This document shows, piece after piece, positions 12,994-24,598 of a stretch of 64,000 nt of DNA. A program made the position numbers and the translations under genes. Position 1 is the first letter of the stretch; each line of letters begins with the position of its first letter. The notes beneath the pieces were generated by a model. The model was not told the DNA's origin, did no database searches, and worked only from the letters and a program-made list of their open reading frames with translations. This stretch comes from an uncultured Acidobacteriaceae bacterium (GTDB taxonomy: Bacteria; Acidobacteriota; Terriglobia; Terriglobales; Acidobacteriaceae), in contig CAWIHC010000005.1 in assembly GCA_963835895.1 (NCBI GenBank), forward strand, positions 207,086 through 271,085, read 5' to 3'.

Positions 12994-13674
12994 ATGAAGC
13001 GATCTAGTATTAACAGGTACATTGCTGAAGCCAGCGCGTTCTTCTCTGAGCACCGGTTTAGTTTGCCGCCGTATGCCGATTGGACACCCGAAGAATGGAA
13101 ACAACACGGAAGCGAGGCCGATGAGATTCGCACGTGCCGGTTGGGATGGGATGTTACCGATTTTAATTCGGGAGATTTTGATTCCTTAGGACTCACGCTG
13201 TTTACGCTTCGCAATGGATCGTTATCCGGCAATAGACCCTCTAAGATCTACGCTGAAAAAATCATGTTCGTCCGGCAGAATCAGGTTACTCCTTTTCACT
13301 ATCATGCCCGAAAGACTGAGGACATCATTAACAGGGGCGGCAAGGAGACAGGCCGCCTGGCGGTGCAACTCTACAATTCGACTGAGGACGGAGGATTTGC
13401 AGATAGCCCAGTTATCGTGAGCTGCGATGGAATCCGGCGCCAAGTCGAACCTGGGCACACCATAATCCTGGGTCCAGGCGAATCTATCACGCTAACTCCA
13501 TATCTTTATCACGCATTTTATGCAGTTGATGGCCATGCTCTTATTGGCGAAGTTTCCTCCGTCAACAATGATGATACTGATAATCATTTCAAAGAACCGC
13601 TCCCAAGATATCCGCAGATCGTGGAAGATGAGGCGCCATTGCGAGTGCTTTGCACTGAGTATCAGATGACCTAA
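12994..13674 (+). CDS. D-lyxose/D-mannose family sugar isomerase (cupin)
   Basis: MKRSSIN, LGWDVTDF, GLTLFTLRNG, YAEKIM, PFHYHARKTEDIINRGG, GEVSSVN, IVEDE. Confidence 0.93.
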   Translation: MKRSSINRYIAEASAFFSEHRFSLPPYADWTPEEWKQHGSEADEIRTCRLGWDVTDFNSGDFDSLGLTLFTLRNGSLSGNRPSKIYAEKIMFVRQNQVTPFHYHARKTEDIINRGGKETGRLAVQLYNSTEDGGFADSPVIVSCDGIRRQVEPGHTIILGPGESITLTPYLYHAFYAVDGHALIGEVSSVNNDDTDNHFKEPLPRYPQIVEDEAPLRVLCTEYQMT

Positions 13675-13705
13675 ACATGCGCCACGCAGCGGGGAGGCAA
13701 GAGAA

Positions 13706-13996
13706 GTGGCAGTAGCCGTCGCATCTGTTAAAACGCCAAAGGGCACCATCGGCACGCTCAGCCCCCGTGAGATTGAGCAGCAGCTGGGGCCCTTCATCGA
13801 TCCGTCGCGCATTCTTACGCGAGCTATCGATAGGATTGCTTTTGCCTCCGACGCCAGTTTGTGCCGGCTGATCCCACAGGTCGTAGTTCAGCCCGTCAGC
13901 GCAGACGAGGTGCGGAAGCTCTTTACTTTCAACATCGCCAGAATCAGGTTTGGTCGTAGGCACTCGTTCAGGCGAGGTGTAGTATGTGGTGCTTAG
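13706..13996 (+). pseudogene. Truncated FAD-linked oxidase (D-lactate/glycolate dehydrogenase-like) N-terminal remnant
   Basis: RILTRAIDRIAFASDASLCRLIPQVVVQP matches the FAD-binding-4 N-terminus; the rest of the gene is absent. Confidence 0.7.
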
Positions 13997-14096
13997 ATCC
14001 GACTAGGGAGATTTCCATGAAGGCCTTGCTGCGAGTAGCAGCGGGAGACTCTGAAACCGCCATTACAGCAATGAACAGAAACCGTTAGGGGATCCC

Positions 14097-15570
14097 ATGA
14101 ATACTGAACTTCACGCGAACGTACGAGACTTTCTTGCCAAACCACTCCCGAACCACATTGACGGCAAGGTGTGCATGACCGCAACTGAACAAGTAGTGAA
14201 TCCATCGGACGGGTCGGTTCTCGCCGAAGTCGCAATGGGTGGCGCGGAGGAAGTCCACCTTGCGGTGACAGCGGGAGAAAAGGCGTTTTCTGCCTGGTCG
14301 GCCTTGCAACCCGGGGACCGCGCTCGGCTGCTGCATCGTTTTGCTGATGCACTTGAGAAGCACTCCGCCGAACTGGCGCAACTTGAGTCGCTCAACGTCG
14401 GCAAACCGATCACTGCCGCCGAGGGGTTTGACATTCCTTTTGGAATTGACTGTATTCGTTATTTCGCTGACCTCTCGACACGAGCGCAGTACAGTGTACC
14501 GCTTGATCTCAAGGGCTTCGATGCTCGTACCTGGCGGGTTCCTTACGGCGTGTGCGGCTTCATTTTCCCGTGGAACTTCCCCTTCACACTACTTTGCTGG
14601 GGCATTGCTCCGGCGCTTGCCGCAGGCAATACGGTAGTTGTGAAACCTTCCGAGGTGACTCCACTTACCACATTGTATGCGGCGCAGATTGCCAACGAAG
14701 CTGGCCTGCCGCCCGACGTGCTCAACGTTGTTGCCGGGAAGGGAAGCGAGGCCGGTTTCGCACTCTCGTCCAATTCGCGCCTCAAGCGCATTTCATTCAC
14801 CGGATCGCCGGAAGTAGGAAGAACAGTCGCAGAACGGAGCGGGCGCAATCTTGTCCCGTGCAAACTCGAACTCGGCGGCAAAGGCGCAGCAGTTGTCTTT
14901 GACGACGTTGATGTGGATGCCACTGCGGCCAAGCTTGCCGCAGCCATTACCTTGAATACCGGGCAGGTTTGTTGTACGGCAACGCGGTGGCTGATTCACG
15001 AAAATGTCTATGACCGTTTTGTCGACAAGGTGACAGGAGCGCTGAAACAAACGAAGATTGGCCCCGGGCTGAATCGCGACACGCAGATGGGACCCCTCGT
15101 CAGTCAGACTCAACGTGGACGCGTGCTTGGGTATCTTGAGCGCGGCAAGCAGAGTGGTGCGCGGGCAATTCTCGACGGTGGCGCGATGGCTCCACTGGGG
15201 GAGGGAAACGGATTCTATGTCGCCGCGGCGCTTCTGGAAGGACCGGATAGCAACGTCTGTTGCCGTGAAGAGATATTCGGACCATGTGCGTATCTTTTGC
15301 GCTTCAAAGATGAAGAACTCTGCAATTGAAAAGGTAAATGAACTTGCATACGGCCTCGCGAATAGCGTTTGGAGTTCCGATCTCAAGCGTGCAAACCGTG
15401 TGGCCGAGCGCCTGGTCGCCGGCAACAATTGGATTAATGCGCACAACCTCTTCGCCTACGGCTTGCCCTACGGCGGAGTCAATTTAAGCGGTATGGGGGG
15501 CGGCGTGAATAGTCCGGAGACGTTTTACGATTATCTGCGGGCGCAAACCATTGCTCGCCCATTGGTCTAA
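14097..15570 (+). CDS. NAD(P)-dependent aldehyde dehydrogenase, frameshift near 15320
   Basis: PWNFP, KPSE, FTGS, LELGGK, GQVCC (catalytic Cys), EEIFGP, YGLANSVWS, PYGG. Confidence 0.95.
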
Positions 15571-15817
15571 CTGCGGTGCCGATGCTGGCATCGCGAGCGG
15601 GACACGGCCCATCTGAATGCCAGTTGTGACGGGACCGACTTGGTACATTGTCAGTCGAATTCGGTCACGTGGGTTGCGCCGAAATGATTTGGACCTGCTG
15701 GCGTACCCTGGCTAACCGCCTGAACCAGATACGCTCACAATGACGCCTGCAAGTTGTTGACGCAGGCGAAGATTTAAGAAGGGACGATTTTAGCGTAGAT
15801 AACGGAAGGGGTCAGAG

Positions 15818-18800
15818 ATGAATCTTGGCTGTAAGAATAACTTGTTGGTAGGTATGCTGTGGGCTGCTTTAGCCGCTACGGTACTCCATGCAGCTTCCGC
15901 ATCTGACTACGCCAAAAGCACGATTTTTCGAATTGGAGAGTTCGATCATTCGTCTGCCGAGTTTGCCCCTGGAGCCCCTACACGCAACGTGGATTTCATC
16001 GTCTCTCAAAGCGACCCTGCAGAAGATTGGTTTGCCGTCCAGCCGGCCGTGCTGAGTTCGGCCAGCAAGTCCAGCAGACCGCAATCCCCTCTGCGCCTCG
16101 AGCGATCACGTTCTCGCTGCAAGGTCCGCCAGCAAGCAATTATGAGCTTCATATCGCCCTGCTGGTGGAAAGCGCAAGCGTGCCGGCCTTAAAGGTCGTT
16201 ATCAATGATAAGGCCGGGATGTTCTATCTGCATCCCCGGCTGGACTATAGCAATGGCGACCAGTGGGATTCCTTTGACCCTGCGTATTCTTCAGCGGACA
16301 TTGATTTTGTATTTCCTGGAAGTTACCTTCGAGCAGGTGTCAATACCATTACTTTGGAGGTTATCGAACAGGCGGCGGAAGCCGTTCCAGAAGCTGGATT
16401 GAATTACGACGCCATTGAACTCGACAGCGTCCCACAAAGAGGCAACGTCCCAGGCTGCCTCTGTGCAGCTTGTGCCCACCATCTTCTTTCAGCAGCAAAA
16501 CGGCGAACTGCTGGAAAGCGTAGACGCATTTATTCGCCATTCCCGGACGACTTGAGGCAGGAGGCAAAGCAGAGCTGACTGTCGCGCAACGGAACTATCG
16601 TGTGGAACTGCATGGCGGATACGACTTTGGCGATGAGAAGGTCGAGTTCCTGGTTCACGAGTTCGATCCGCTGACCGAGGCTACACTCACGGTAGATATC
16701 AACGGACGGAAGCAACATTACAAGCAAACGATCAGTCCTGCTAAGAAATGGACGGTTTTTATCGTTCCCCATATCCATGTTGACGTTGGATATTCCGATT
16801 TCCAGGCTAAGGTCGCCGCCATCCAAAGCCGTACGATTGGCGAAGCGATGGACATGACTCAGGAACATCCGGAGTTCCGCTTCAGCCTGGATGGGGAATG
16901 GGATCTTCAGCAGTATCTTGATACGCGCACCACCGCCCAGCAACAGCGTGCTATTGAGGCCATAAAGAGAGAGCAGCTTTTTGTCCCTGCTCAATACGCA
17001 AATTTGCTTACAGGCATTGCAAGCGCTGAGACTCTGATCCGCTCGCTGTATCCCAGCGCCAACTTCAGCAGGAAATACGGCACACCTCTGGACTACGCCA
17101 ATATCACGGATGTTCCCTCATTCTCCTGGTCCTATGCTTCCATTCTTGCGGCAGCGGGCATACCGTATCTCGCCAGTGGGAGCGATAACTATCGCGGTCC
17201 CGTGTTACTGCAGGGGCGTCTCAACGAAAACTCGCCGACGTGGTGGGTAGGGCCAGACGGGAAGAAGGTGCTGCTATGGTATTCACGCCACTATATGCAT
17301 ATGCAGATGCTATTCGGGCTGCCTCCAGTACTATCGGCAGGACGCGATACTTTGCCGCTGTTTCTTCAGATGTATGAAAGCGCGGGCTACCATGCAAACT
17401 CCACGATCCTCTATGGCACACAAGTGGAGAATACTGATCTGTTCCCCCAGCAGGCGGAGCTGGTGGGGAAATGGAACAGTATGTATGCATACCCGCGCCT
17501 TAGGTATTCCGGCTTTCACGAGGCGCTTGAGGATATCGAAAGACAGTTTGGCGACACCATTCCCACCATCCGTGGAGACGGCGGGCCGTATTGGGAGGAT
17601 GGGGCAGCCTCCGATGCGTATTACCTGGCCATGGAGCGGTGGAATGAAGCGCGGGGGCAAACGGCGGAAAAGCTGGACACATTGGCATCGCTGGTGAATC
17701 CTCTTCTTAAGACGGATACCGACGAGTTGGGCCGCATGTGGACCGGCATGGTACTGATGGATGAGCACACGTTCGACTCGTGGAACAGCGTGTCCGATCC
17801 GACAAGCAAAGAGGCTGTCGATCAGCTTGCATTTAAAGAGCAGTTTGCGGTCAACGCCGCAGCACAGGTTGACTTTGTCGCCAGACGCAGCATGGCAAAC
17901 CTGGCAGACGCGATTCCTCGCAGCCCCAGGGAGCATGATTGTTTTCAATAGTCTGAACTGGGAGCGAAGCGGCCCGGTTTCCGTTGACCTCAATAAATCG
18001 GATGAAATCGTGGACTTGACCACCAATCAAAGAGTGCCCTACGAAATCCTCTCCAGCGGGAACGACTTCAATCGCGTTCGATTTTTGACCCAGAATGTCC
18101 CCCCGGTCGGCTACAAGGTATATTTCATGCGGCCAGGCAAAGCGATCGTACCCGCCTCGGCGATGGAACAGAGTCACATCACTCGAAAACCGGTACTATC
18201 GGGTACAGCTCGATTCGGAAACCGGCGCAGTCCGCAGCATCTACGACAAGCAACTGCAGCGTGAACTCGTAAGTCAGGATAGCCCATATCGTTTTGGAGA
18301 GTATCTCTACGTTACTGGCGGCGACAAGGCTCCAAACACCATACTCGTCTATAGTCATGTGTTGTCGAAGCCGACACTGGAAGTCCACCCCGCACATGGC
18401 GGCCATATTGTGTCGATAGACCGCACCCCCTATGGAGTGGTTGCACGCATGGAATGCGAGGATCTGAACACTCCTCGGATCAAAGCGGAGATTCGGTTGT
18501 TCAACGACGAGAAGAAGATTGACTTTATTGAAGAGGTCGAAAAGAAAAAGGTTGATAGCAAGGAGGCCGTTTACTTTGCCTTCCCCTTTGCTTTCAGCCG
18601 GCCTCAGTTTCAGTACGAGATTCAGAACGGAGTTGTCGATCCCGTCGCAGACATGTACCCAGGGGCAGGGCACGAGTGGTTTTCTGTGCAGCACTGGATC
18701 TCTGTGCAGCAGGACGGGGTGTCGGGCAGTGTATTTCCGCTCGACGCGCCGTTGGTTACGTTAGGCGATATTAATCGCGGCGAGTGGCCGGAGCAGTTCG

Positions 18801-19372
18801 GGAAGAGATCTGGAACCATCTTTTCCTATGTGATGAATAACTACTGGAATACTAACTATCGAGCCGGCCAGGGAGGACAGTTCAGCTTTCACTACGTCGT
18901 TACAAGCGCAGCTTCGACAAGCGCGGCCGATCTGAGCCGCATGGGATGGGAAGAGATTACGCCCCTGGAGACGGACATCGTTACGAGCCAGGACAAGGCT
19001 GTAACTCGTCCGGTTCCAAATCAACAAAGTGAGGGAGAGCTGTCCTCTCCAATACCAATAGAGGACAACTCTTCGCAGAAGATGGGCAGAGAGCAGGGAA
19101 GCTTCCTGGAAATAACAGATCCAAACGTGCTGCTGGAGACATGGAAGCCCGCCGAAGACGGGAATGGGACAATCCTGCGACTTCTTGACTTCGGTGGAAC
19201 GGAGCGGACCGTATCTGTCCGGATTCCATGGCTTCGTCTGGATCACGTTTGGCAAACCGATGCCGTGGAACGAGGCCAGGAGGCCGTATCGATGACGGAG
19301 GACGGTCAATTTCATTTCACCATCCATCCTCACGAGATTGTCACAATACGAGTTGTCGGGGTGCGCAAATAG
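15818..19372 (+). CDS. GH38 alpha-mannosidase-family protein with N-terminal accessory domain, frameshifted
   Basis: Signal peptide; PHIHVDVGY zinc motif, TDVPSFSW, PYWEDGAAS, DEHTF, YVMNNYWNTNY, KPAEDGNGTILRL. Confidence 0.88.
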
Positions 19373-19379
19373 AATGTGG

Positions 19380-19610
19380 CAACCATCAACTTGACACCTT
19401 CATTTGACGAGTGACTCGAGAATGCGCAGCGTTGCCAGCCGTTCAGCGCCTCGCGCCCTCTCATCGAATGAGGCTGGAAGCCAAATATCAGTCCTGCGAT
19501 CCGTCCAGTCTTATGGTTGTCGGCCCCGAAGTAGAAACCGCCTGGACGGTGGTGCAACACCCCGTCGCACACACCGGTGAGGGCGGACAAGATTGTTTTT
19601 GCGCCAACAG
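19380..19610 (-). pseudogene. Rearranged remnant of a paralog of the 21969-23165 regulator
   Basis: Minus-strand peptides LTGVCDGV and PGGFYFGADNHKTGRIAG match LTGMCDGM and PGSFYFGADNYKAGRIAG of the intact regulator. Confidence 0.7.
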
Positions 19611-19644
19611 GCATACAACTTTACAGGGAAGGAGATTCGCTCAC

Positions 19645-21545
19645 ATGATGACCAAGCAAGGGAAGTGGATTTCTAACGGAAGAAAGCCTCTTGTTTTCAC
19701 AGCAATCCTCTTCATTTTGGTTGCTCTTTATCCCGCCATCGGCCTTTCGGAAGGCGCGGGGCTCCCTGGCGCGGCGCGGGAAGCGGAGTGAAACGGCGCA
19801 AGCCATTCCAAGCCCTGGGAACCCGTACTGGTGGGTTCAAATCGACTACCTGAAGCCGGGCGAGGGTCAGGCTGCGAGTACGCCCTGGACGGACGCGGAT
19901 TTTGCCGCTTTTGCAATAGCGGGGATGAATGGCGTGGAGATCAACCTGGTGTGGGGCAGCATTGAGCCGCACCGGGGTGAATACGATTTTGCGTTGCTGG
20001 ATAGCTACCTGGCTTCGGCCGCCAAGGCGCACATCGGGCTTTACCTGATTTTTTGGCAGAGCGTGTGGGCGGAGGCGCCACCCAAGGTAGTGGGCAAGGA
20101 TCCGCCGCTATGGGTGACGGCGCGCGACCTGACCAGCGAAGGCATGACCACGAATGAGCCTTCCTGGTGGGATAAGGATTCCCGGCAGGCGTATTTCGAT
20201 TACATTGGCCGGACGATCGAACACGTGAATGGCAAGCCCGGCTTCGGGGGCTTGTTTGCCAACTATGGATGGCTGGACGCGATGTGGGGGCCGCAAAATT
20301 ACACAGGCGCAGGCTTAGCGCCGACCCATGGAATCGCGGGCTACGCTCCGGCGGACATCCAGGAGTTCTACCGATGGTTGCCTCGGACTTACAAGACTCT
20401 GGACGCCTTCAACCAACGGTGGCATACCTCCTTTGCGGACTGGAGCCAGGTTCCATCGGCCAAGCCGGGTGAACCGCTGTTCGCCGTCTATCAAGACTTT
20501 CGGCACCAGAGCGTCATCCAGACGTACGACGAGATTTCGCGCCTGGTTCGGGCCCGGACCAAGGCCCCCATGCTTTATTACTGGGGAGGCGACATAGCCG
20601 GGGCCGTGAGTGGGCCTGGCGTGATGGAGAACGACCCGGATATCTTCTTCAAGGCCGCCAAACGCTATAACGCCATCGTGGTGCTGGACGATGCGGACTA
20701 CACGGGGCTCGCCGTTGTCTTTGGCAGCTTGGCCCGATCCTACCAGGTGCCGCTCTTTGAAGAGTGGACGCCGCAGTCAAGCGGACTGGCTGAGGAGACC
20801 GCTAGATGGTTGGGCCACCTGGCTTTTGGAGCGCCATTCGAGATCGGTGCGGACTTCTTCATCTATCCGCCGCCGCAAAACCAAGCTGGATATGTCGATG
20901 CCTGGTCGCAATACCAGGCTTGGCGCGACACGATAGCGCAAATCAAGGGGATAACCCCGGAGCAGCCGGTCGCGATCCTCATACCGATGAAGAAGATCGT
21001 GTCAGGCCCGGATTTGGATGCATTCTCGGGATTGAACGCCCAACTGGGCGACTTCTGGCGGATTCACCATGTGCTGCCCCACTTCATTACCGACGAGCAG
21101 GTGACGGACGGGAGCGTAGACCTGGGGCAGTTCAAAGCCGTAGTGGACCTGGGCAACGAGCGCGCAGATATGCCGGAGCTAAATGCCTACGCCGAGGAAC
21201 ATCCGGTACTCAAGACTCTCAGCGAGGCGGTTCCTCTATTAAGACCGTATGTGACGCTGGATCCGGTTTACGATTTCCTGGAGGTGACGCCGGTCGTGGA
21301 CGGGAGTTCGGTGTGGCTAACCGTGGCCAATTGCAGCGGTCGAGAAAGCTTACGCCGGGAACATAGATTTCGATCCCCAGGCCGTGGGCCTGGAATCGAC
21401 GGATTTCGACGTGACGATCGTCAAAGGTGGAGAAAGCGTTTCCGCCAGCCGCACGCAGGATGGGAAGATTCAATGGCGGATCAGCCTGCCCCCAGCGGGG
21501 TTTGAGGTGGTTCGCCTCAGCCCCCGCAAGTCCGCAACAAAGTGA
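19645..21545 (+). CDS. Secreted GH42-like (beta-galactosidase-type) glycoside hydrolase, frameshifted
   Basis: N-terminal hydrophobic segment; WGSIEPHRGEYDFALLD, PPLWV, YKTLDAFNQRWHT, LFEEW. Confidence 0.75.
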
Positions 21546-21968
21546 AACGGTAGCGCAGATTCAAACGTCAACGATCTGACCGGCTCTTTCCCCCAATGTT
21601 GCGTGACACGGCGTGATTCTGGTGTGCCTGTCGCCGATGCGCAGGGGCCGGTAAGCATCCCCGGGCAGTGGAGTACCAGACCGAAGGTCTGAACAAACAG
21701 GTAAGGAACAAGCGGGCGAGCGCCACGTATAGGCTGAAGGAGTCCCGGGCGTTGGCAGTTAAGACCGCTGGTTCACTGATGCCTTTCCAGGCTCGTCCGG
21801 CAGTGTGGTTCCGGGCCCAGTGCTCAGTGCAGTGGTGACGCCATCGATATTCGTTCATTGAGAGGCTGACGATCTCGTTTGAAAGACTGCCTTTTTTTGC
21901 ACGGCTCAGGCCGAAGCAGGTAGCAGGCCGCGCAATTTTGTGGAACTGGCAGTGGTTGGAAGGTCTTG

Positions 21969-23165
21969 TCAACCATTGATCGTGCGTTTCGAATTACCGA
22001 TTGGAGCTTTCGCCCCTGGGTGCATCCATGAGTCATTGGGATAGATTTTATCTACGTTCTCAGGTGTCACGAGCTCGTGTTGCGTAAATACAGCCGGGGG
22101 GACGGGTTTCTTTTCCAGAATTTCTATCGCAAGCTTAATGAGTTGAGGTCCGTAGGTTTCCGGGAAATAGGCAACTGAACCAATTAGTCTGGTGTGCGGG
22201 CGTCTCATTTCCTGCCTCGCCGGAGTGCTTGCATCCTGGCCCACAATTGCACACTCTTCCTCAAGGCCAATTTCGCGAAACGCCTGAAGCGCCCCCAGGG
22301 CGGTTGAATCGTTCACTGCTGCTACCAGGACTCGCTTAACCTTGCGGCGACGAAGATGCTTCCTTATCGAATCTAGGGTAGCGTCAAATTGGCCACCCTT
22401 GGTGTCGTAATGACAAGTTGGCACATTCCTGCTCTCGGGCATGTTCTCATTCATGCCGTCGCACATTCCAGTCAATCGGCTGTTTAAAAGCGGGCCCGCA
22501 GCATCTACTCCGAGACAGATGATCTGCTCAACCTGGCCATGCCATTTGCTAAGAGCCCACCGGGCAAGATGGCGTCCGGCGATACGCCCCGCCTTGTAAT
22601 TGTCGGCTCCGAAGTAGAAGCTTCCCGGATGAGGGATGTCAACTGCTATGAATGGTATTCCAGCGTCTAACAATGTAGACCCAATCTGAGAGGCCACGGT
22701 CACGTTGATCTGAGAGTCGATGACGAGATCGACTTTCTCCTCGACAAATCGTTTTGCATTTTCCAGAGCTACACGGGGACTGAACTGGTTATTCAAAACG
22801 ACAAGATCTATGTCGGCTCCGCTCGCGGCGCTGAGTAGGCTGTCCGTCACGATTCCCGTGAATGGAAGCAGGTTGCTCTGGGAAGCGTATCCAATCCGGA
22901 ATCTTCTTGTACGAATCGGATGCAAGCCTGACTGATACCCTTGCTTGCCGGCCCGAACGACGAGCCCCGTCTCCACCAGCGTTTCGAGCAGTCGAAAGAC
23001 GGTGCCTTTGTCGAGATGTGTACGCTCAACAACAGCTCGGAGCGTCAGCACCTCAGAAGGAGAAGAAAAAGCCTTCAGAGTAGTTGCCGCACGCACCACC
23101 GACCGAATCGTATAGGATCGTTTCTCAGAGCTGCGGGTGCCTACCGACAGAACCTCTGATTTCAT
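21969..23165 (-). CDS. Transcriptional regulator: IclR-type HTH fused to LacI/periplasmic sugar-binding domain
   Basis: YTIRSVVRA...LDKGTVFRLLETL HTH; C-terminal PBP-type domain (DIPHPG, GADNYKAG, VGQD, GSVAYFPE). Confidence 0.88.
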   Translation of the reverse strand: MKSEVLSVGTRSSEKRSYTIRSVVRAATTLKAFSSPSEVLTLRAVVERTHLDKGTVFRLLETLVETGLVVRAGKQGYQSGLHPIRTRRFRIGYASQSNLLPFTGIVTDSLLSAASGADIDLVVLNNQFSPRVALENAKRFVEEKVDLVIDSQINVTVASQIGSTLLDAGIPFIAVDIPHPGSFYFGADNYKAGRIAGRHLARWALSKWHGQVEQIICLGVDAAGPLLNSRLTGMCDGMNENMPESRNVPTCHYDTKGGQFDATLDSIRKHLRRRKVKRVLVAAVNDSTALGALQAFREIGLEEECAIVGQDASTPARQEMRRPHTRLIGSVAYFPETYGPQLIKLAIEILEKKPVPPAVFTQHELVTPENVDKIYPNDSWMHPGAKAPIGNSKRTING

Positions 23166-23175
23166 AGAGTGAAAT
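23159..23175. promoter_or_regulatory. Candidate operator ATTTCA-N5-TGAAAT overlapping the regulator start codon
   Basis: Perfect 6-5-6 palindrome atttca tagag tgaaat at the edge of the divergent regulator/aldolase region. Confidence 0.55.
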
Positions 23176-23475
23176 AGTATAACAATGGCGCCAGGCCTGA
23201 CAAGCCAACCGTCATAAGGGCATTTGGTTCCGAAATGCCGCCCTGTAATCGCTCAGGTCTTCGTGAAATATTTTACCTTATAAAACGCCTGATTCCATCG
23301 CTTTTTGCTGCTAAGCGCGCTCTTTCGATTCGTTTATGCTCTTGATTCGACGGGCTGGACCTAGGATGATTTACAGCAATCAACCCGCGATTGTGCACGG
23401 CCGAAATCGACACATACTGCGCACTCGCCCAGGTTCTGTCAAGTCGCAGTCTACCTTGACCGTTCATGGAGATTT

Positions 23476-24501
23476 GTGGAAAAAGCTCTCGATGTAAAGC
23501 TTGCCGCTCTTAAAAATGATCCTAGCAGCCGGGTTTTCATCCTGGCCGATGCCAAGGATGCCGACATGGCTTTGGGCATCTCATCGACGGGGAGGAATCG
23601 CGATGGAAAGCCCCGGTCACTGGCCGAATACCGAGATCAGATGCGTCAAATTGTCTCCCAGGGCATGGTGGACATCATGCTTATGTCGGCCAGCACCTCG
23701 GAGATACTGACGATTCAAGAACGCATATTCGAATCTTCGGCTGTGACGCCAGCCGTACGTGCCAACGATACGACGGATGTGCACATCATTCGCGGGGCGC
23801 GATATCCGGAAGCCCCTTCGCAACCGTTTGCCACGGCAACGCTTGACCACATTCAGGCCGGCAAGTACCCGTGTTCGGAGACGGACCGTCATTTGGGCGC
23901 GAATTTGGGCCTTTATTCGGTCACTTTCAACAACGACCCTGAGCGCGATGTCAAGGCTATGGAGGCTTACAGAGTGTTTCGTCTGGAGGCGGAGGCAAAG
24001 CGCTTTAACCATTTTCTCGAGGTGTTTCATCCCAATGTTCCGGCCAAAATCCACGGCATTGCGCCTGAGCAGATTCCGCACTTTGTCAACGACCATATCG
24101 TGCGACTTCTGGCCGGAGTGCCTTCAGCATCCAGGCCGCGCTTCCTGAAAATTCCTTATGCGGGTCCAAGGGCTCTGGAAGAACTGTGTGGATACGATCC
24201 TTCACTTGTAGTGGGCGTATTGGGCGGCTCTGCAGGCACAACGCACGATGCATTTTCGCTTGTCTATGAAGCAAAGCGCCATGGGGCGCGGGTTGCGCTG
24301 TTCGGCCGAAAGATTAATGCGGCGGAGGACCAATTATCGTTCGTTCAATACTTGCGCCTAGTGGCGGACGATCAAATCCTGCCCGCTGAAGCGGTGAAGG
24401 CATATCACGGGGCGCTCCAGAAATCAGGAATCACTCCGCACCGCGTCTTGGAAGATGACTTGGAATTGACTTCAACATTCGCAAACTACGGGTGCGGGTA
24501 A
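23476..24501 (+). CDS. Uncharacterised class I aldolase-like TIM-barrel protein
   Basis: ADAKDADMA, HFLEVF, FLKIPY (putative Schiff-base Lys), VLGG, GARVALFGRKI resemble DhnA/LacD-type aldolases. Confidence 0.6.
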   Translation: MEKALDVKLAALKNDPSSRVFILADAKDADMALGISSTGRNRDGKPRSLAEYRDQMRQIVSQGMVDIMLMSASTSEILTIQERIFESSAVTPAVRANDTTDVHIIRGARYPEAPSQPFATATLDHIQAGKYPCSETDRHLGANLGLYSVTFNNDPERDVKAMEAYRVFRLEAEAKRFNHFLEVFHPNVPAKIHGIAPEQIPHFVNDHIVRLLAGVPSASRPRFLKIPYAGPRALEELCGYDPSLVVGVLGGSAGTTHDAFSLVYEAKRHGARVALFGRKINAAEDQLSFVQYLRLVADDQILPAEAVKAYHGALQKSGITPHRVLEDDLELTSTFANYGCG

Positions 24502-24598
24502 GGCCGGACTGGACTGTTGCATTTCATGGTATGGGGACTCTCGGAAATCGAAAGGTATCGATGCCTGTCGGTTGTCGATCAACGGGCGGAAAGCATGT

